NCBI GenBank assembly: GCA_051251915.1
Contig: JBPOGF010000010.1
Coordinates: 90,324-154,323 of the forward strand
Direction: 5' to 3'
Origin: Akkermansiaceae bacterium
GTDB taxonomy: Bacteria > Verrucomicrobiota > Verrucomicrobiia > Verrucomicrobiales > Akkermansiaceae
Length of the DNA: 64,000 nt
Both the position numbers and the translations under genes were made by a program. The notes beneath the pieces are model-generated. The model was not told where the DNA came from and did not search any database. It saw nothing but the letters and a program-made list of their open reading frames with translations. Positions 51,319 to 61,609 of this stretch are shown here, piece by piece. Within the stretch, counting starts at the first letter, position 1. Every line of letters starts with the position of its first letter.

Positions 51319-51741
51319 TTAAATTAGAGCTGCTTTCACTATGTCTGCGTGGTCAAAAGCGAGCCTAGGGAGGTTATCTAGTGGGAACCAGGCGACTTTT
51401 TTGGCATCGTCATTTGCGATTGGATTTACTTCTGACATTTCTACTTCGCCTTTGTGGGCGATGGAGATGACTTGTTCACGGGGATCGCGGTCTGGATTGC
51501 TGAATGCTGCGAATTGTTTGAGGGCTATGCCTGTGAGTTGAGTTTCTTCTGCTAGTTCTCTGGCGGCGGCTTGCTGTAGGGTTTCTCCTGGGTCATGGAA
51601 GCCGCCGGGGAGAGCCCAGTGGTCTTTGAAGGGTGGGTTTTTGCGCTGGATGAGGAGGAGGTGTTTGCCTGTGGGGGAGAGGCCGATGATGACGCAATCT
51701 ACGCTTAGGGCTACGCGGGGGTATTTATAGGTGTGGGGCAT
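51319..51741 (-). CDS. Nudix hydrolase (ADP-ribose pyrophosphatase-like)
   Basis: WALPGG...AARELAEET, RDPR, LAFDH; lacks a wHTH. Confidence 0.9.
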   Translation of the reverse strand: MPHTYKYPRVALSVDCVIIGLSPTGKHLLLIQRKNPPFKDHWALPGGFHDPGETLQQAAARELAEETQLTGIALKQFAAFSNPDRDPREQVISIAHKGEVEMSEVNPIANDDAKKVAWFPLDNLPRLAFDHADIVKAALI

Positions 51742-51747
51742 GGGTGG

Positions 51748-53112
51748 TTATTGGTTGGCTTGGATTAATTCATTTTTCACTTTTTGGACGTATGGGTCTA
51801 GAGTGATGTTTGTTTGTTTTTCGTTTTGTTTGTGGAGTGTCCATTGCTGGATGGCTCTGTCTCTTGTTGTTGTTAGTTGTTCTTTTTCTAGGGTGCGTTT
51901 GCCGTTCCTCAAGGCTGGTTGTAGTAGGTTGAGGCCTGTGCCTGCTTGTTCCTTGCTATGGTTTTCATCGAAGATGATGTCCTCGGTGATAGCTCCGTTG
52001 CTGTCGGTCTTTCTTAAGACTTGTAGGGTGCCGGGGCTAGAGACTTTGATGGCGTCGTTAGATAGTTTTACTTTTGGCTGCCAGGTTCCATTTTTGTCTT
52101 GGATTGCGCCTAGTTTGTAGACTCCGCCTAGTGCAGGTTGATCGTAGCAGGTTGCTAATTTGGTTCCTATTCCCCAGACGTCTATTTTGGCTCCGTTGCT
52201 TTTTAGTTCTTTGATGCTGTGCTCGTCTAGGTTATTGCTGGCAACGATCTTGGTAGTGGTCATGCCTGCTTGGTCTAGTAGGGTTCGTGCTTTTTGGCTT
52301 AGGTCTGCTAGGTCTCCAGAGTCTAGGCGGATTCCTAGGAGTTGGTGGCCTTTTTTCTGGAGTTGGTGTCCTATTTTGATGGCGGTTTTGACGCCTTCTA
52401 CTGTGTTGTAGGTGTCTACGAGTAGGATGACGTTGTTAGGGAGGGCGTCTGCGTAGGCATGGAATGATTCTTCTTCAGTGTCAAAGCTCATAACCCAGCT
52501 GTGGGCGTGGGTTCCTTTGACTGGAATGCCATAGAGTTGGCCGGCTAGGACGTTAGAGGTGGCGATGCAGCCACCGATGTAGGCTGCTCTGCTAGCTGAT
52601 AGGCCGCCGTCGGGGCCTTGGGCTCTGCGTAGTCCGTATTCCAAGACGTCATCTCCGTCAGCTACTAGGCAAATTCTGGCAGATTTAGTGGCTACGAGGG
52701 TTTGGAAATTGAGGATGTTTAGGAGTGCTGTCTCTACGAGTTGGCATTGGGCTAATGGTCCGCTGACTCTGAGGATGGGTTCATTTGCGAATGCTAGGTG
52801 TCCTTCAGGGATGGCTTCTACGTCTAAAGTCCATTTGAGGTTTTGGAGGTAGGTGATGAATTCTGGTTCAAAGATCGGTTTGGCATCGGCTCCTGTGAGG
52901 GTGGCGAGGTAGGTGCATTCTTCATCTGAGAATGTGAGAGTAGATAGATAATCTAAGGCGGGGCAGGTGCCGGCAACGATGGCTGCTGTTTCTCCAAATG
53001 GGGCTTTGCGGAAGTAGAGGTGGAAGACCGCAGGGCGTTCTGCCATGTTGTTTTTCCAGTAAGCATAGGCCATTGTTATTTGATATAGGTCTGTGAGTAG
53101 TGGTGAGGTCAT
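51748..53112 (-). CDS. pncB: Nicotinate phosphoribosyltransferase
   Basis: LLTDLYQITM, EYGLRRAQG, GTHAHSW, LVDTY, IRLDSGD, GVYKL. Confidence 0.95.
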   Translation of the reverse strand: MTSPLLTDLYQITMAYAYWKNNMAERPAVFHLYFRKAPFGETAAIVAGTCPALDYLSTLTFSDEECTYLATLTGADAKPIFEPEFITYLQNLKWTLDVEAIPEGHLAFANEPILRVSGPLAQCQLVETALLNILNFQTLVATKSARICLVADGDDVLEYGLRRAQGPDGGLSASRAAYIGGCIATSNVLAGQLYGIPVKGTHAHSWVMSFDTEEESFHAYADALPNNVILLVDTYNTVEGVKTAIKIGHQLQKKGHQLLGIRLDSGDLADLSQKARTLLDQAGMTTTKIVASNNLDEHSIKELKSNGAKIDVWGIGTKLATCYDQPALGGVYKLGAIQDKNGTWQPKVKLSNDAIKVSSPGTLQVLRKTDSNGAITEDIIFDENHSKEQAGTGLNLLQPALRNGKRTLEKEQLTTTRDRAIQQWTLHKQNEKQTNITLDPYVQKVKNELIQANQ

Positions 53113-53151
53113 GGTGACCTTTTAGGGTATTTGTGGAATATTGCAAACTAA

Positions 53152-53170
53152 TAGTGTTTAAAATACACTT
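53152..53170. promoter_or_regulatory. NrtR operator upstream of pncB
   Basis: TAGTGT-TTAAAAT-ACACTT. Confidence 0.85.
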
Positions 53171-53233
53171 TGGTGCTGAGCGATGATTTTACTAAAGGTG
53201 AAATAGTGGGGGATTTAGGAGGAGGAGGGGGGA

Positions 53234-54313
53234 TTAGGCGGTGTTTTTGGTGCGGAATTCTTTTAGGTATTTGAAGGATACTAGACGGTTATTTTCTTCG
53301 TCCCAGAGGCGGTGTTTGACGCAGTTTAGGCTGGAGCGGAGGGTCATGACGGGGACGTTTTGGAACATGGGTTCTGCATCGTGGCATTCCTGTAGGCGGT
53401 AGTTTGGGATACGTGCGCTGAGGTGGTGGATGTGGTGGTAGCCGATGTTGCCAGAGAACCATTGGAGGACTTTTGGGAGTTTGTAGTAGGAGCTGCCTTG
53501 GAGGGCTGCGGCTACGAAGTCCCATTTTTCTTTGCGTTCCCAGTAGATGCCTTCGAACTGGTGTTGGACGTAGAAGAGCCAGACTCCTACGCTGGAGAAT
53601 ACGGCGCAGACACCGAGCTGTAGGATGAGGTATTTTTTGGCTCCCATGATAAGGATACCAGTGGTAAACATGGCTGCGATGGCGAGGTTAGTCCAGAGGA
53701 CTGAGAGGCGAGCGGAGCGTTTGGCTTTCTTTGATGAGAAGCGGTGCCAGATGAGGAAGAGGTAGAGGGGGGAGATGGTGAAGAGTATGAAGGGGTTTCT
53801 AACGAGGCGGTATGCGAATTTGGTCCATTTTGAGGAGTCTTCATATTCTTGGACGGTCATGGTCCAGACTTCACCTTCATCGCGGTGATCCAGATCTCCT
53901 GAGGTGGCGTGGTGGATGGAGTGTTCCCAGTGCCAAAACTGGTAGGGGGTGAAGGTGAGGACGCCGGTGATAAATCCCCAGATGTGGCCAGCGCGCTTGG
54001 ATTTGAAGAAGGATTTGTGGCCGCAGTCGTGAAAAATGATGAAGAGTCTGACGCAGAGTCCGCCTGCGAGGAGGACGAGAGGGATGGTAAGCCAGGGGGA
54101 GATGTCGTAGACGAAGTACATGGCGACCCAGAGTCCTAGGAACGGGAGGAGGGTGTTGATTATCTGCCAGGAGGCCTTAGCGCGGCTTGGTTGCTGGTAT
54201 TTCACCATGGTTTTACGCCAAGCTTTGGTATCCGTGGGGGCATCCGCGGGTTGCTCCTTGGAGGCTGGTTCTTGGGAGGAAATGGAGGCCTCTGGGTGCG
54301 TTGAATTAGTCAC
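53234..54313 (-). CDS. Membrane fatty acid desaturase
   Basis: His boxes HDCGH, HSIHH, HHIHH. Confidence 0.93.
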   Translation of the reverse strand: MTNSTHPEASISSQEPASKEQPADAPTDTKAWRKTMVKYQQPSRAKASWQIINTLLPFLGLWVAMYFVYDISPWLTIPLVLLAGGLCVRLFIIFHDCGHKSFFKSKRAGHIWGFITGVLTFTPYQFWHWEHSIHHATSGDLDHRDEGEVWTMTVQEYEDSSKWTKFAYRLVRNPFILFTISPLYLFLIWHRFSSKKAKRSARLSVLWTNLAIAAMFTTGILIMGAKKYLILQLGVCAVFSSVGVWLFYVQHQFEGIYWERKEKWDFVAAALQGSSYYKLPKVLQWFSGNIGYHHIHHLSARIPNYRLQECHDAEPMFQNVPVMTLRSSLNCVKHRLWDEENNRLVSFKYLKEFRTKNTA

Positions 54314-54407
54314 TAGGGCTGATGTAGTCGTCTATTTCTTGGTGATGGGCAATGAAAATAAATTTTTTAGGGGTGGTTTATGGAGTGGGGATAATTTTTA
54401 ATTGATC

Positions 54408-54842
54408 TTAGAGGTAAGTTTTTTCCCATTTATTGAGTTTTATATGGAGTTGTTTCTCCACTTTTTTGCGGTCTCCTGAGAGCAGGTCTTTGAGGTGAGG
54501 AGGGGTGGGGTTAGGTTTTTTCTGTTGGAATCCCCAGATGGTGAGTTCGGCTATGATGGGGAAGAGTGATTTTCCTTTATCTGTGAGGTAGTAAAGTTTC
54601 CTGCGTTTAGATTCTGGGTGGGGAATACTGTTGATGATGTTGTTGGAGGTAAGTTTTTCTAGTCGGTTTGTGAGGATGTTAGTGGAGATGCCCTCCCATG
54701 CATTGAGCATGTCTTTGAATTCGTGTCTGCTCATGAACATGAGGTCACGGATGACGAGTAGCGTCCAATGGTCACCTACTACATCAAGTGCTGATGCTAG
54801 AGGGCAGGGTGAACGGTCTTGGTGCTGTTTCTTGATAGCCAT
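54408..54842 (-). CDS. HxlR-family winged-helix regulator
   Basis: CPLASALDVVGDHWTLLVIRDL...GISTNILTNRL...YYLTDKG. Confidence 0.92.
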   Translation of the reverse strand: MAIKKQHQDRSPCPLASALDVVGDHWTLLVIRDLMFMSRHEFKDMLNAWEGISTNILTNRLEKLTSNNIINSIPHPESKRRKLYYLTDKGKSLFPIIAELTIWGFQQKKPNPTPPHLKDLLSGDRKKVEKQLHIKLNKWEKTYL

Positions 54843-54864
54843 CTACAATAGGTAGCATTTTTAC

Positions 54865-54905
54865 TTGCGTTATGCAATTGTTTGTGTGATGATTGCGTTA
54901 TGCAA
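54865..54905. promoter_or_regulatory. Two identical 13-bp palindromic operators
   Basis: TTGC-GTTAT-GCAA at 54865-54877 and 54893-54905; the second overlaps the DinB-like ATG. Confidence 0.7.
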
Positions 54906-55496
54906 GTGAATTTGAGTGAGCCGGGAGCTGGATTGCCTTTTTTAGAGAAGGTGAAGTTGAAGGTATTTTTTAGGGTGTTGACGAGGGTGAAGGGGAGGGA
55001 TGAATTTGTGAGGTTGTTTCGTAGTGAGGAGGCTAAAATCCGTGGTTTAGTGGAGGGGCTGTCTGCGGATCAAGGGAGTAAGGCAGTGTTAGTGAAGCGA
55101 GTGATGGGTATGGAGGATAGTTCTAGGAATTGGTCAATGTATATGACTCTGGAACATCTTAATGTGGTGAATGATGGGCTGAGGGGGATTATTGTGGATT
55201 TGGTGAGTAAGGATTCAGAGAGTAGTGAATTAGGTGAAGTAAGGACTCAGGATGTGAAGCCTTCTCGAGGAGCTGATGAGAGGAGTGTTGATGAATTTGT
55301 GAGGATGAATGATGAGGTGATGGGGGAGATAGAGAAACTGGGTGAGCTGGGTGGTGAGAGGAAGCATGAGCATCCGTGGTTTGGGATGATGGATGGGGCT
55401 CAGTGGTTTGCGCTGATGGGGGTGCACATGCGGGTGCATAGAAAGCAGTTGGAGCGGATTATTGAACAATTGGAGGTAGGTTGTGATGATCAGTAG
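54900..55496 (+). CDS. DinB-like protein
   Basis: WSMYMTLEHL, HEHPWFG, HMRVHRKQL. Confidence 0.82.
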   Translation: MQVNLSEPGAGLPFLEKVKLKVFFRVLTRVKGRDEFVRLFRSEEAKIRGLVEGLSADQGSKAVLVKRVMGMEDSSRNWSMYMTLEHLNVVNDGLRGIIVDLVSKDSESSELGEVRTQDVKPSRGADERSVDEFVRMNDEVMGEIEKLGELGGERKHEHPWFGMMDGAQWFALMGVHMRVHRKQLERIIEQLEVGCDDQ

Positions 55497-55564
55497 GTAG
55501 TATTTTCTGGTATGGGTGAGTATGTCTTTGTGATGGTGGGGGAAATGCAGTAGTGTCTGGTATT

Positions 55565-56434
55565 ATGGATTGGAAATGGGTATTAGTAGGTTCGGTGATG
55601 GGGATGCAGGTTATGCTTGCAGGTCCACAGAAGGTGATTTCTTATAATATCCGCTATGATAGTGCGGGGGATAAGGGAGTGAGAGACTGGGGGGAGAGGG
55701 TGCCGAGGGTGGTGCAATTTTTAAAAGAACAGCGACCAAGTGTGGTAGGAATGCAGGAGGTGTTAGAGAATCAGCTGATGGATCTGGAGAAGCGGTTGCC
55801 TGCGTATGGATGGGTGGGCGTGGGCCGAACTGATGGTGTGAGTAAGGGTGAATACTCGCCGATTTTTTATGATACGTCTGTATGGAAAGTGGATGAGGAG
55901 AATACGGGGACGTTTTGGTTATCTAAATCACCAGAGGTCCCGGGGAGTAAGAGTTGGGGGAATAGGATCCCGCGTATCTGTACTTGGGTTCGGTTGATTG
56001 GTAATGATGGGGAGGGGCTGACGGTATATAATACCCACTGGGATCATCTTAGTTGGATATCGCGGGAGAAGGCTGCGGGGTTAATCTTGGAGAAGATAAG
56101 GCAGCGAAAGCATAAGGAGGAGGGATACCTTTTGATGGGGGATCTGAATACGACTACGAAGAGTAAGGCGATAAAGACGCTGCTAGAGAGTGAACTGCTA
56201 GTGGATACTGGGAAGAAACAGAAGAAGTCCTTTAATCGCTGGAAGGCTGATGTGGTAGATGGGTTGCGGATTGATCACATTTTCGTTGATCCACGCTTGA
56301 GTAAGGGTGTGGTAGGGGAGGGAGTGGAGGTGGTGGCTTCTAGTAAGGAGGGAAGCGCACCAGCCTCTGATCATCACCCGGTGGTGATGACTGTTGATTT
56401 TGACTTGGGTTTGAAAGTGACTACTGAACCGTAG
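55565..56434 (+). CDS. Endonuclease/exonuclease/phosphatase family protein
   Basis: SYNIR, MQE, NTHWDH, GDLN, IDHIF, SDHHPV. Confidence 0.92.
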   Translation: MDWKWVLVGSVMGMQVMLAGPQKVISYNIRYDSAGDKGVRDWGERVPRVVQFLKEQRPSVVGMQEVLENQLMDLEKRLPAYGWVGVGRTDGVSKGEYSPIFYDTSVWKVDEENTGTFWLSKSPEVPGSKSWGNRIPRICTWVRLIGNDGEGLTVYNTHWDHLSWISREKAAGLILEKIRQRKHKEEGYLLMGDLNTTTKSKAIKTLLESELLVDTGKKQKKSFNRWKADVVDGLRIDHIFVDPRLSKGVVGEGVEVVASSKEGSAPASDHHPVVMTVDFDLGLKVTTEP

Positions 56435-57845
56435 CTACTTTTTTAAGGGCATCTGCCATTGGGTCGCCCATGAGTTTCATCTGCTCTAGGAGTGCTTTTT
56501 GGCATTCTTGGATGATGGCTTTTGAGGCTGGTTCTTGGGAGATGTCCTTGAGTTCTAGTGGATCATTCTTGAGGTTGTAGAGTCTGACTTTAGGGATTTT
56601 AGGGTAGAAGATGAGTTTGTGGTCGTTGTGGATGACCATGCGCTGGACGTCTAGGTAGCTTCCGTACATGTCGCGGCTTTTGGCAGGTGCGGCATTTTTG
56701 AGGAGTGGGAGGACGCTGTTGAATTCTAGTGATGCTGGCTTCTTGGCTCCTGTGAGGTCAATGCAGGTGGCGATGGCATCTTGGATGTAGATGGGGTAGT
56801 CGATTTTTTTACCCTCTGGGAAGCCGAGTTTTGGTGCTGAGATGATCCAGGGGACGCGGAGTGAGTGCTCGTACATGTTTTGCTTGCCTAGTAGTCCGTG
56901 GTTGCCGCATGCGAGTCCGTGGTCGGCGGCGTAGATGACGATGGTGTTGTCTGCTTTTCCGGTGGCTTCTAGGGCCTCGAGGATTCTGCCGATCTGGACG
57001 TCCATGTGGGTGATAAGTGCGTAGTATTCGCTACGGTTCACCTGGATGGAGTATGGAGTTCTTGGGAATGGTGCGAGTTTTTCGTCGCGGATTCTGTTAG
57101 AGCCAATGTCGAATGGATAGAGTGGTTGAAAGGATTCAGGCACCTTGATGGTGTCATATGGGTATTTGTCTTGGAATTCTTGTGGTGCTTGGCGGGGGTC
57201 ATGTGGTGCGCTGAAGCAGAGATACATGAAGAATGGTTTGTCGCTTTTGGCGACGGCATCGAAGTATACTTGGGCATCGTCTACTAGAACTTCTGACCAG
57301 TGCTTGCCGCCTTTCCAGAAGCCGCCGTTGCTGGTGTCAGTTGGGTCCCAAGAGTCTTTTTCGCCTTTGATGAATTTTCTTTTGTAGCGTTCAGGCCTTT
57401 GGTTAGGCATTCCTTTTCTGGGGTTCTTGACGTGCTGAAATACGGTTTCAGGAGTTGTGCTGACATGCCATTTTCCGGCGAAATAGGTATCGTAGCCTGC
57501 TGCTTGTATGACCTGGGGGGTGAGTTTCTTTTGGTTATTGAGATCGTTTAGTTTGGCTGCTTTGGCGTTCCAGAGTTGTTTACCAGTGATCATCATGGTG
57601 CGGCTGGCTACGCAGACTGCGCCGTTCCATGCGCCTGAGTTGTAGGCATGGGTGAAGTGGGTGCCGCTTTTGGAGAGCTTGTCTAGGTTTGGTGTTTCGA
57701 TGCGTTCGTTGCCGTGAGCGTGGATGGTGTTGTATGCGTGGTCATCGCCAAAGATAAAGAGGATGTTAGGCTTTTTCTGTGCGGATGATACGAGCGGGGA
57801 GAGGGCCGCGGCTAGGGTTAGGAATTTAGTGAAATGCATGTTCAT
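56421..57845 (-). CDS. Sulfatase (S1, choline-sulfatase-like)
   Basis: PNILFIFGDD, CVASRTMMITG, APHDP, ADHG, GKQNMYE. Confidence 0.93.
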   Translation of the reverse strand: MNMHFTKFLTLAAALSPLVSSAQKKPNILFIFGDDHAYNTIHAHGNERIETPNLDKLSKSGTHFTHAYNSGAWNGAVCVASRTMMITGKQLWNAKAAKLNDLNNQKKLTPQVIQAAGYDTYFAGKWHVSTTPETVFQHVKNPRKGMPNQRPERYKRKFIKGEKDSWDPTDTSNGGFWKGGKHWSEVLVDDAQVYFDAVAKSDKPFFMYLCFSAPHDPRQAPQEFQDKYPYDTIKVPESFQPLYPFDIGSNRIRDEKLAPFPRTPYSIQVNRSEYYALITHMDVQIGRILEALEATGKADNTIVIYAADHGLACGNHGLLGKQNMYEHSLRVPWIISAPKLGFPEGKKIDYPIYIQDAIATCIDLTGAKKPASLEFNSVLPLLKNAAPAKSRDMYGSYLDVQRMVIHNDHKLIFYPKIPKVRLYNLKNDPLELKDISQEPASKAIIQECQKALLEQMKLMGDPMADALKKVATVQ

Positions 57846-57979
57846 TTGTAGACGGTAATGGGGTAACTAAAACTTAGCAATCAATAATATTGGTGATGTG
57901 TGTGTGCGATTTTTGATGAATCTATTTTCAGCTTGGGGCTTGCCAAGTGGTGGTGGCTGGTGCAGAAGTTTGTGCGTTC

Positions 57980-59059
57980 ATGAGTTTCTTTTTGGCAAAT
58001 CATCAGGCGGATTTCGCGTTGAATTTCCTTTCTCTATTTTTAGAGGGAGCTCCTTATATATTGCTGGGGACGATGATCAGTGGGTTTATTGATGTTTATA
58101 TGCCATCTTCGCTGATGGATAGAATGCTGCCGAAGAATAAGTTCTTGGCGATTTTCAGCTGTGGTTTGATGGGGTTAATTTTACCTGTGTGTGAGTGCGC
58201 TGTGGTGCCTGTGATCCGGAGGTTGGTGGCGAAGGGGTTGCCTATTAGTTGTGCTTTTACCTATATGTTGGCGGCTCCGATAGTGAATCCGGTGACGATT
58301 TGGAGTACTTGGCATGCATTTAGTGATCAGGATCAGTGGTGGGTGGTGCTTTCTAGGATAGGGATGGGATATGGTGTGGCGGTGCTGGTAGGTATTATTT
58401 TATTGGCGATTCCTGCGGAGAAGGTTTTACGGGATTCATTGTTGGAGACGTTGCGTTCTGTTCGTGAAAAGAAGGCGAAGAATGCGGCTAAGGTGGCGTG
58501 TGATCATGGGCACGATCATCACCACCATGATCATGAGGGCGGGTGCTGTGGGCATGATCATGATCACGGGCATGGTCATAGTCACGATGATGGGCATGAT
58601 GGGGGGAATCGGGTGGTGATGGCGATACGATCTGGGGTGCAGGATTGTGTGGATGTGGCAGTTTATTTCTCGATCGGGGTTTGCCTGACAGCGATGTTTA
58701 ATATCTGGTATGTGCTGAATCAGGAAATGATGGTTTCTTATCTTGATAGTGTGTGGTTAGAGACTGGAGGGATGATGGTGTTGGCTTTTGTGCTGAGTGT
58801 CTGTAGTACGTCTGATGCGTTTATGGCGGCTACTCTGCGAGGTGTGGGGATAGGATCTAAGATGGCATTTATGGTGCTGGGACCGATGCTGGATGTGAAG
58901 TTGTTGTTCTTGTATCAGACGGTGATGAGGAAGAAGTTTTTGTTCTTTTTCGCGATTGGCTTATTTGTGTTGATCGGGTTAGTTTCTGTGGTTTGGCAAG
59001 AATTTGAGCCACTCAGAGAGTATATTAATACGTTACAGTTAGAGGGAGGTGTGGAATGA
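57980..59059 (+). CDS. DUF318/YcgR-like permease with His-rich loop
   Basis: PVCECAVVP, AAPIVNP, SVCSTSDAF; CDHGHDHHHHDHEGGCCGHDH loop. Confidence 0.88.
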   Translation: MSFFLANHQADFALNFLSLFLEGAPYILLGTMISGFIDVYMPSSLMDRMLPKNKFLAIFSCGLMGLILPVCECAVVPVIRRLVAKGLPISCAFTYMLAAPIVNPVTIWSTWHAFSDQDQWWVVLSRIGMGYGVAVLVGIILLAIPAEKVLRDSLLETLRSVREKKAKNAAKVACDHGHDHHHHDHEGGCCGHDHDHGHGHSHDDGHDGGNRVVMAIRSGVQDCVDVAVYFSIGVCLTAMFNIWYVLNQEMMVSYLDSVWLETGGMMVLAFVLSVCSTSDAFMAATLRGVGIGSKMAFMVLGPMLDVKLLFLYQTVMRKKFLFFFAIGLFVLIGLVSVVWQEFEPLREYINTLQLEGGVE

Positions 59060-59877
59060 AGGTGCTGGAACGTAGGGTGATGAGTGTGGTGGTGTTGATG
59101 ATAGGAGCGTTGTTGTTGTATTTCTATCAGCATGAGAAGCTGTCTGGCTATCTGAAGGAGAAATTTCATATTTATGTGCTGGTGGGAGGACTGGCGGCGA
59201 TGGTGGTGGCGGTGTTTAGTTTTTTAACGGCGGGAGTGGAGTCTAGTTGTGGGCATGATCATGGAGAAGATGAGGATGAGGGATGTGAGGATCATGAGCA
59301 TGGGGGAGATATGAATCCGTTTGTGGCGTTGATGATAGTGGCGATTCCGATGTTTTGTTCGCTGAGTTGGACTACGCATGGGATAAGTGAGGCAAGGCAG
59401 GATGCGCTGAGTGAGAAGGATGTGAGTTCTGCGGATTTTAGTTTCAATGATCTGCCGCCGTTTACGCTGGAGACGCTGGAGAAGTCGACAACCAAGGCTC
59501 CGGATGGGGCATATATGCTGAATATCTTTGAGTTGTTCTTTACTGCAGGTGATACGGTGCAGGAGAAGGTGATCAATGGGCTGTATGTGGAGACTGAAGC
59601 TAAGCTGCGGAATGAACCGAATCGGAATGAGAGCGGTAAGCGGATGCGGTTGTTTAGGCTGATGATGACTTGCTGTGCTGCGGATGCGCAGGCGGTGCCA
59701 ATGACGATAGAATTTGAAGGTGACACTCCTGATATAGGTCACAATAGCTGGGTGCGTGTGGCTGGTATAATGAGCTATGAGCGGGAGGATGGGGTGGTGT
59801 ATCCGTTGCTGAAGGTGAAGCGTATTGAGGAGATTCCAGTGCCTGATGGCGAGTGGAGTGAGGGGTTGATGAAGTAG
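59056..59877 (+). CDS. TIGR03943/YcgQ-like membrane partner with His/acidic loop
   Basis: CGHDHGEDED, RLMMTCCAADA, WVRVAG; 4-bp overlap with the permease. Confidence 0.85.
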   Translation: MKVLERRVMSVVVLMIGALLLYFYQHEKLSGYLKEKFHIYVLVGGLAAMVVAVFSFLTAGVESSCGHDHGEDEDEGCEDHEHGGDMNPFVALMIVAIPMFCSLSWTTHGISEARQDALSEKDVSSADFSFNDLPPFTLETLEKSTTKAPDGAYMLNIFELFFTAGDTVQEKVINGLYVETEAKLRNEPNRNESGKRMRLFRLMMTCCAADAQAVPMTIEFEGDTPDIGHNSWVRVAGIMSYEREDGVVYPLLKVKRIEEIPVPDGEWSEGLMK

Positions 59878-59939
59878 GTTTTCGGATTAAAGAGAGATTT
59901 TTTCATTGAGCTAATGAGTTCGTGGGGTATGGGGTGTGT

Positions 59940-61241
59940 ATGAACGATAAATCTTGGCAAGATTGGATAAGTAACTTCTTTTTCAAAGAACCTGTGTATG
60001 ACTTACTGGGTATTTGGGGGCAATTGTTGGTGTCTGGGTTGTTGTTTGTAGGGTTGGTGTTGTTGGCTCTAGTGGCGTATTTCTTTGTCCACAAAGTTTT
60101 GATAGAGGTGTTCAATAAGCTGGTGAAACTGACTAAGAACGAGTGGGATGATGCTCTTATGTCTAGTAGGATCTTTAAGTGGTTGGCGATGTTAGTGCCA
60201 GTGGTTCTGTTTTGGCATTTGTCTCCTTATGTGTTTGATGAATCTAGCAAGGTGGGGGCTGTGGGGGCTGTGATACGCGTTATTAGTGAGATTCTTCTCG
60301 TTGTATTGACCTTGCTGATGATCAATTCGATTTTGAATGTGATTGAACGGATTTACCAAAATTTCGAGGTGTCGCGTGAGTTGCCGATTAAGAGTTTTTT
60401 CCAGGTGATTAAGATTGTGCTGACGCTGGTGGGAATCATTTTTATTATCGCGACGATTTTAGGGAAGTCTCCATTGCTGTTGTTCTCAGGTTTGGGTGCG
60501 ATGACTGCGATTATGATGTTGGTCTTCAAGGATTCTATACTGGGGTTTGTGGCAGGTATTCAGTTGTCGGCTAATAAGTTGGTGGCACGTGGTGACTGGA
60601 TTGAGATGCCGAAGTTTGGGGCTGATGGTGAGGTGCTAGAGGTGGCACTTACGACCGTGAAGGTGAGAAACTGGGATAAAACGATCACGACGATTCCGAC
60701 GTATTCTTTGATCGCAGATAGTTTTAAGAACTGGCGTGGGATGAGTCAGAGTGGGGTGAGGAGGATCAAGCGTTCATTATTTTTGGATATGGGGACGGTG
60801 AAGTTTCTTGATGATGCGATGCTGGAGAAGTTAAAAAAGGTGTCTTTGTTAGATAAGTATCTTGAGAAGAAGGAATTGGAGATAGAGAAGTGGAATGTTG
60901 ATAGAAAAGTGGCGAATGATGATCTGATCAATGCGCGCGCGATGACGAATGTGGGTACGTTCAGAGCGTATGTGAATGAGTATTTGAAGAGTCATCCAAA
61001 GATTTCACAATCGGATACGATCTTGGTGAGACTATTGCAAGCTAGTGAGCATGGGTTGCCATTGGAGGTGTATGTATTTACTAACGATAATAACTGGATT
61101 GAGTATGAGCGGATTCAGTCAGATATATTTGATCATTTGTTAGCCATCTTAGCTGAGTTTGGATTGCGTGTTTTCCAGAGTCCGTCTGGGGCAGATGTGC
61201 TGAGCTTGGGCGCTGGGGGATTCAAGAACAATGAAGTTTGA
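59940..61241 (+). CDS. MscS-family mechanosensitive channel (YbdG-like)
   Basis: GLGAMTAIMMLVFKDSILGFVAGIQL, GDWIEMPKFGADG, VRNWDKTITTIP, NWRGM. Confidence 0.93.
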   Translation: MNDKSWQDWISNFFFKEPVYDLLGIWGQLLVSGLLFVGLVLLALVAYFFVHKVLIEVFNKLVKLTKNEWDDALMSSRIFKWLAMLVPVVLFWHLSPYVFDESSKVGAVGAVIRVISEILLVVLTLLMINSILNVIERIYQNFEVSRELPIKSFFQVIKIVLTLVGIIFIIATILGKSPLLLFSGLGAMTAIMMLVFKDSILGFVAGIQLSANKLVARGDWIEMPKFGADGEVLEVALTTVKVRNWDKTITTIPTYSLIADSFKNWRGMSQSGVRRIKRSLFLDMGTVKFLDDAMLEKLKKVSLLDKYLEKKELEIEKWNVDRKVANDDLINARAMTNVGTFRAYVNEYLKSHPKISQSDTILVRLLQASEHGLPLEVYVFTNDNNWIEYERIQSDIFDHLLAILAEFGLRVFQSPSGADVLSLGAGGFKNNEV

Positions 61242-61609
61242 TAAGGTAGTATGCTGGAAAAATGCTCCACCATCTGATGGGGAAGAGGTCTCGGATGGAT
61301 GATACTAGGGAATATATTGAAGCTAGAGCCTTGGAGAAGGTAGTAATCAGGTATGCTTGCGTAATAAAAATCTATCTATGCTGTTAATTAGAGAAGTTTA
61401 GTAATATGTTTGTATTGTGTTTATATCTAATGTGTTGTGGTTTTGGATGGGTGGTTGTGGTAGATTGTTAATGTATTTACATGAAGAAGCAGGACGAAAA
61501 AAACTCTTGAATGGGAGTTTTTTAAAATGCAGTATCGCGGGCAACTTAACGAGATTAGTCATACTTATTTTAAGGTGACTAGTTTTGTTTACTACCAGAC
61601 AAAATAACC

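Noticed and set aside
58500..58600. CATGAT-type repeats
   Set aside because: Explained by the His/Asp-rich loop of the permease.
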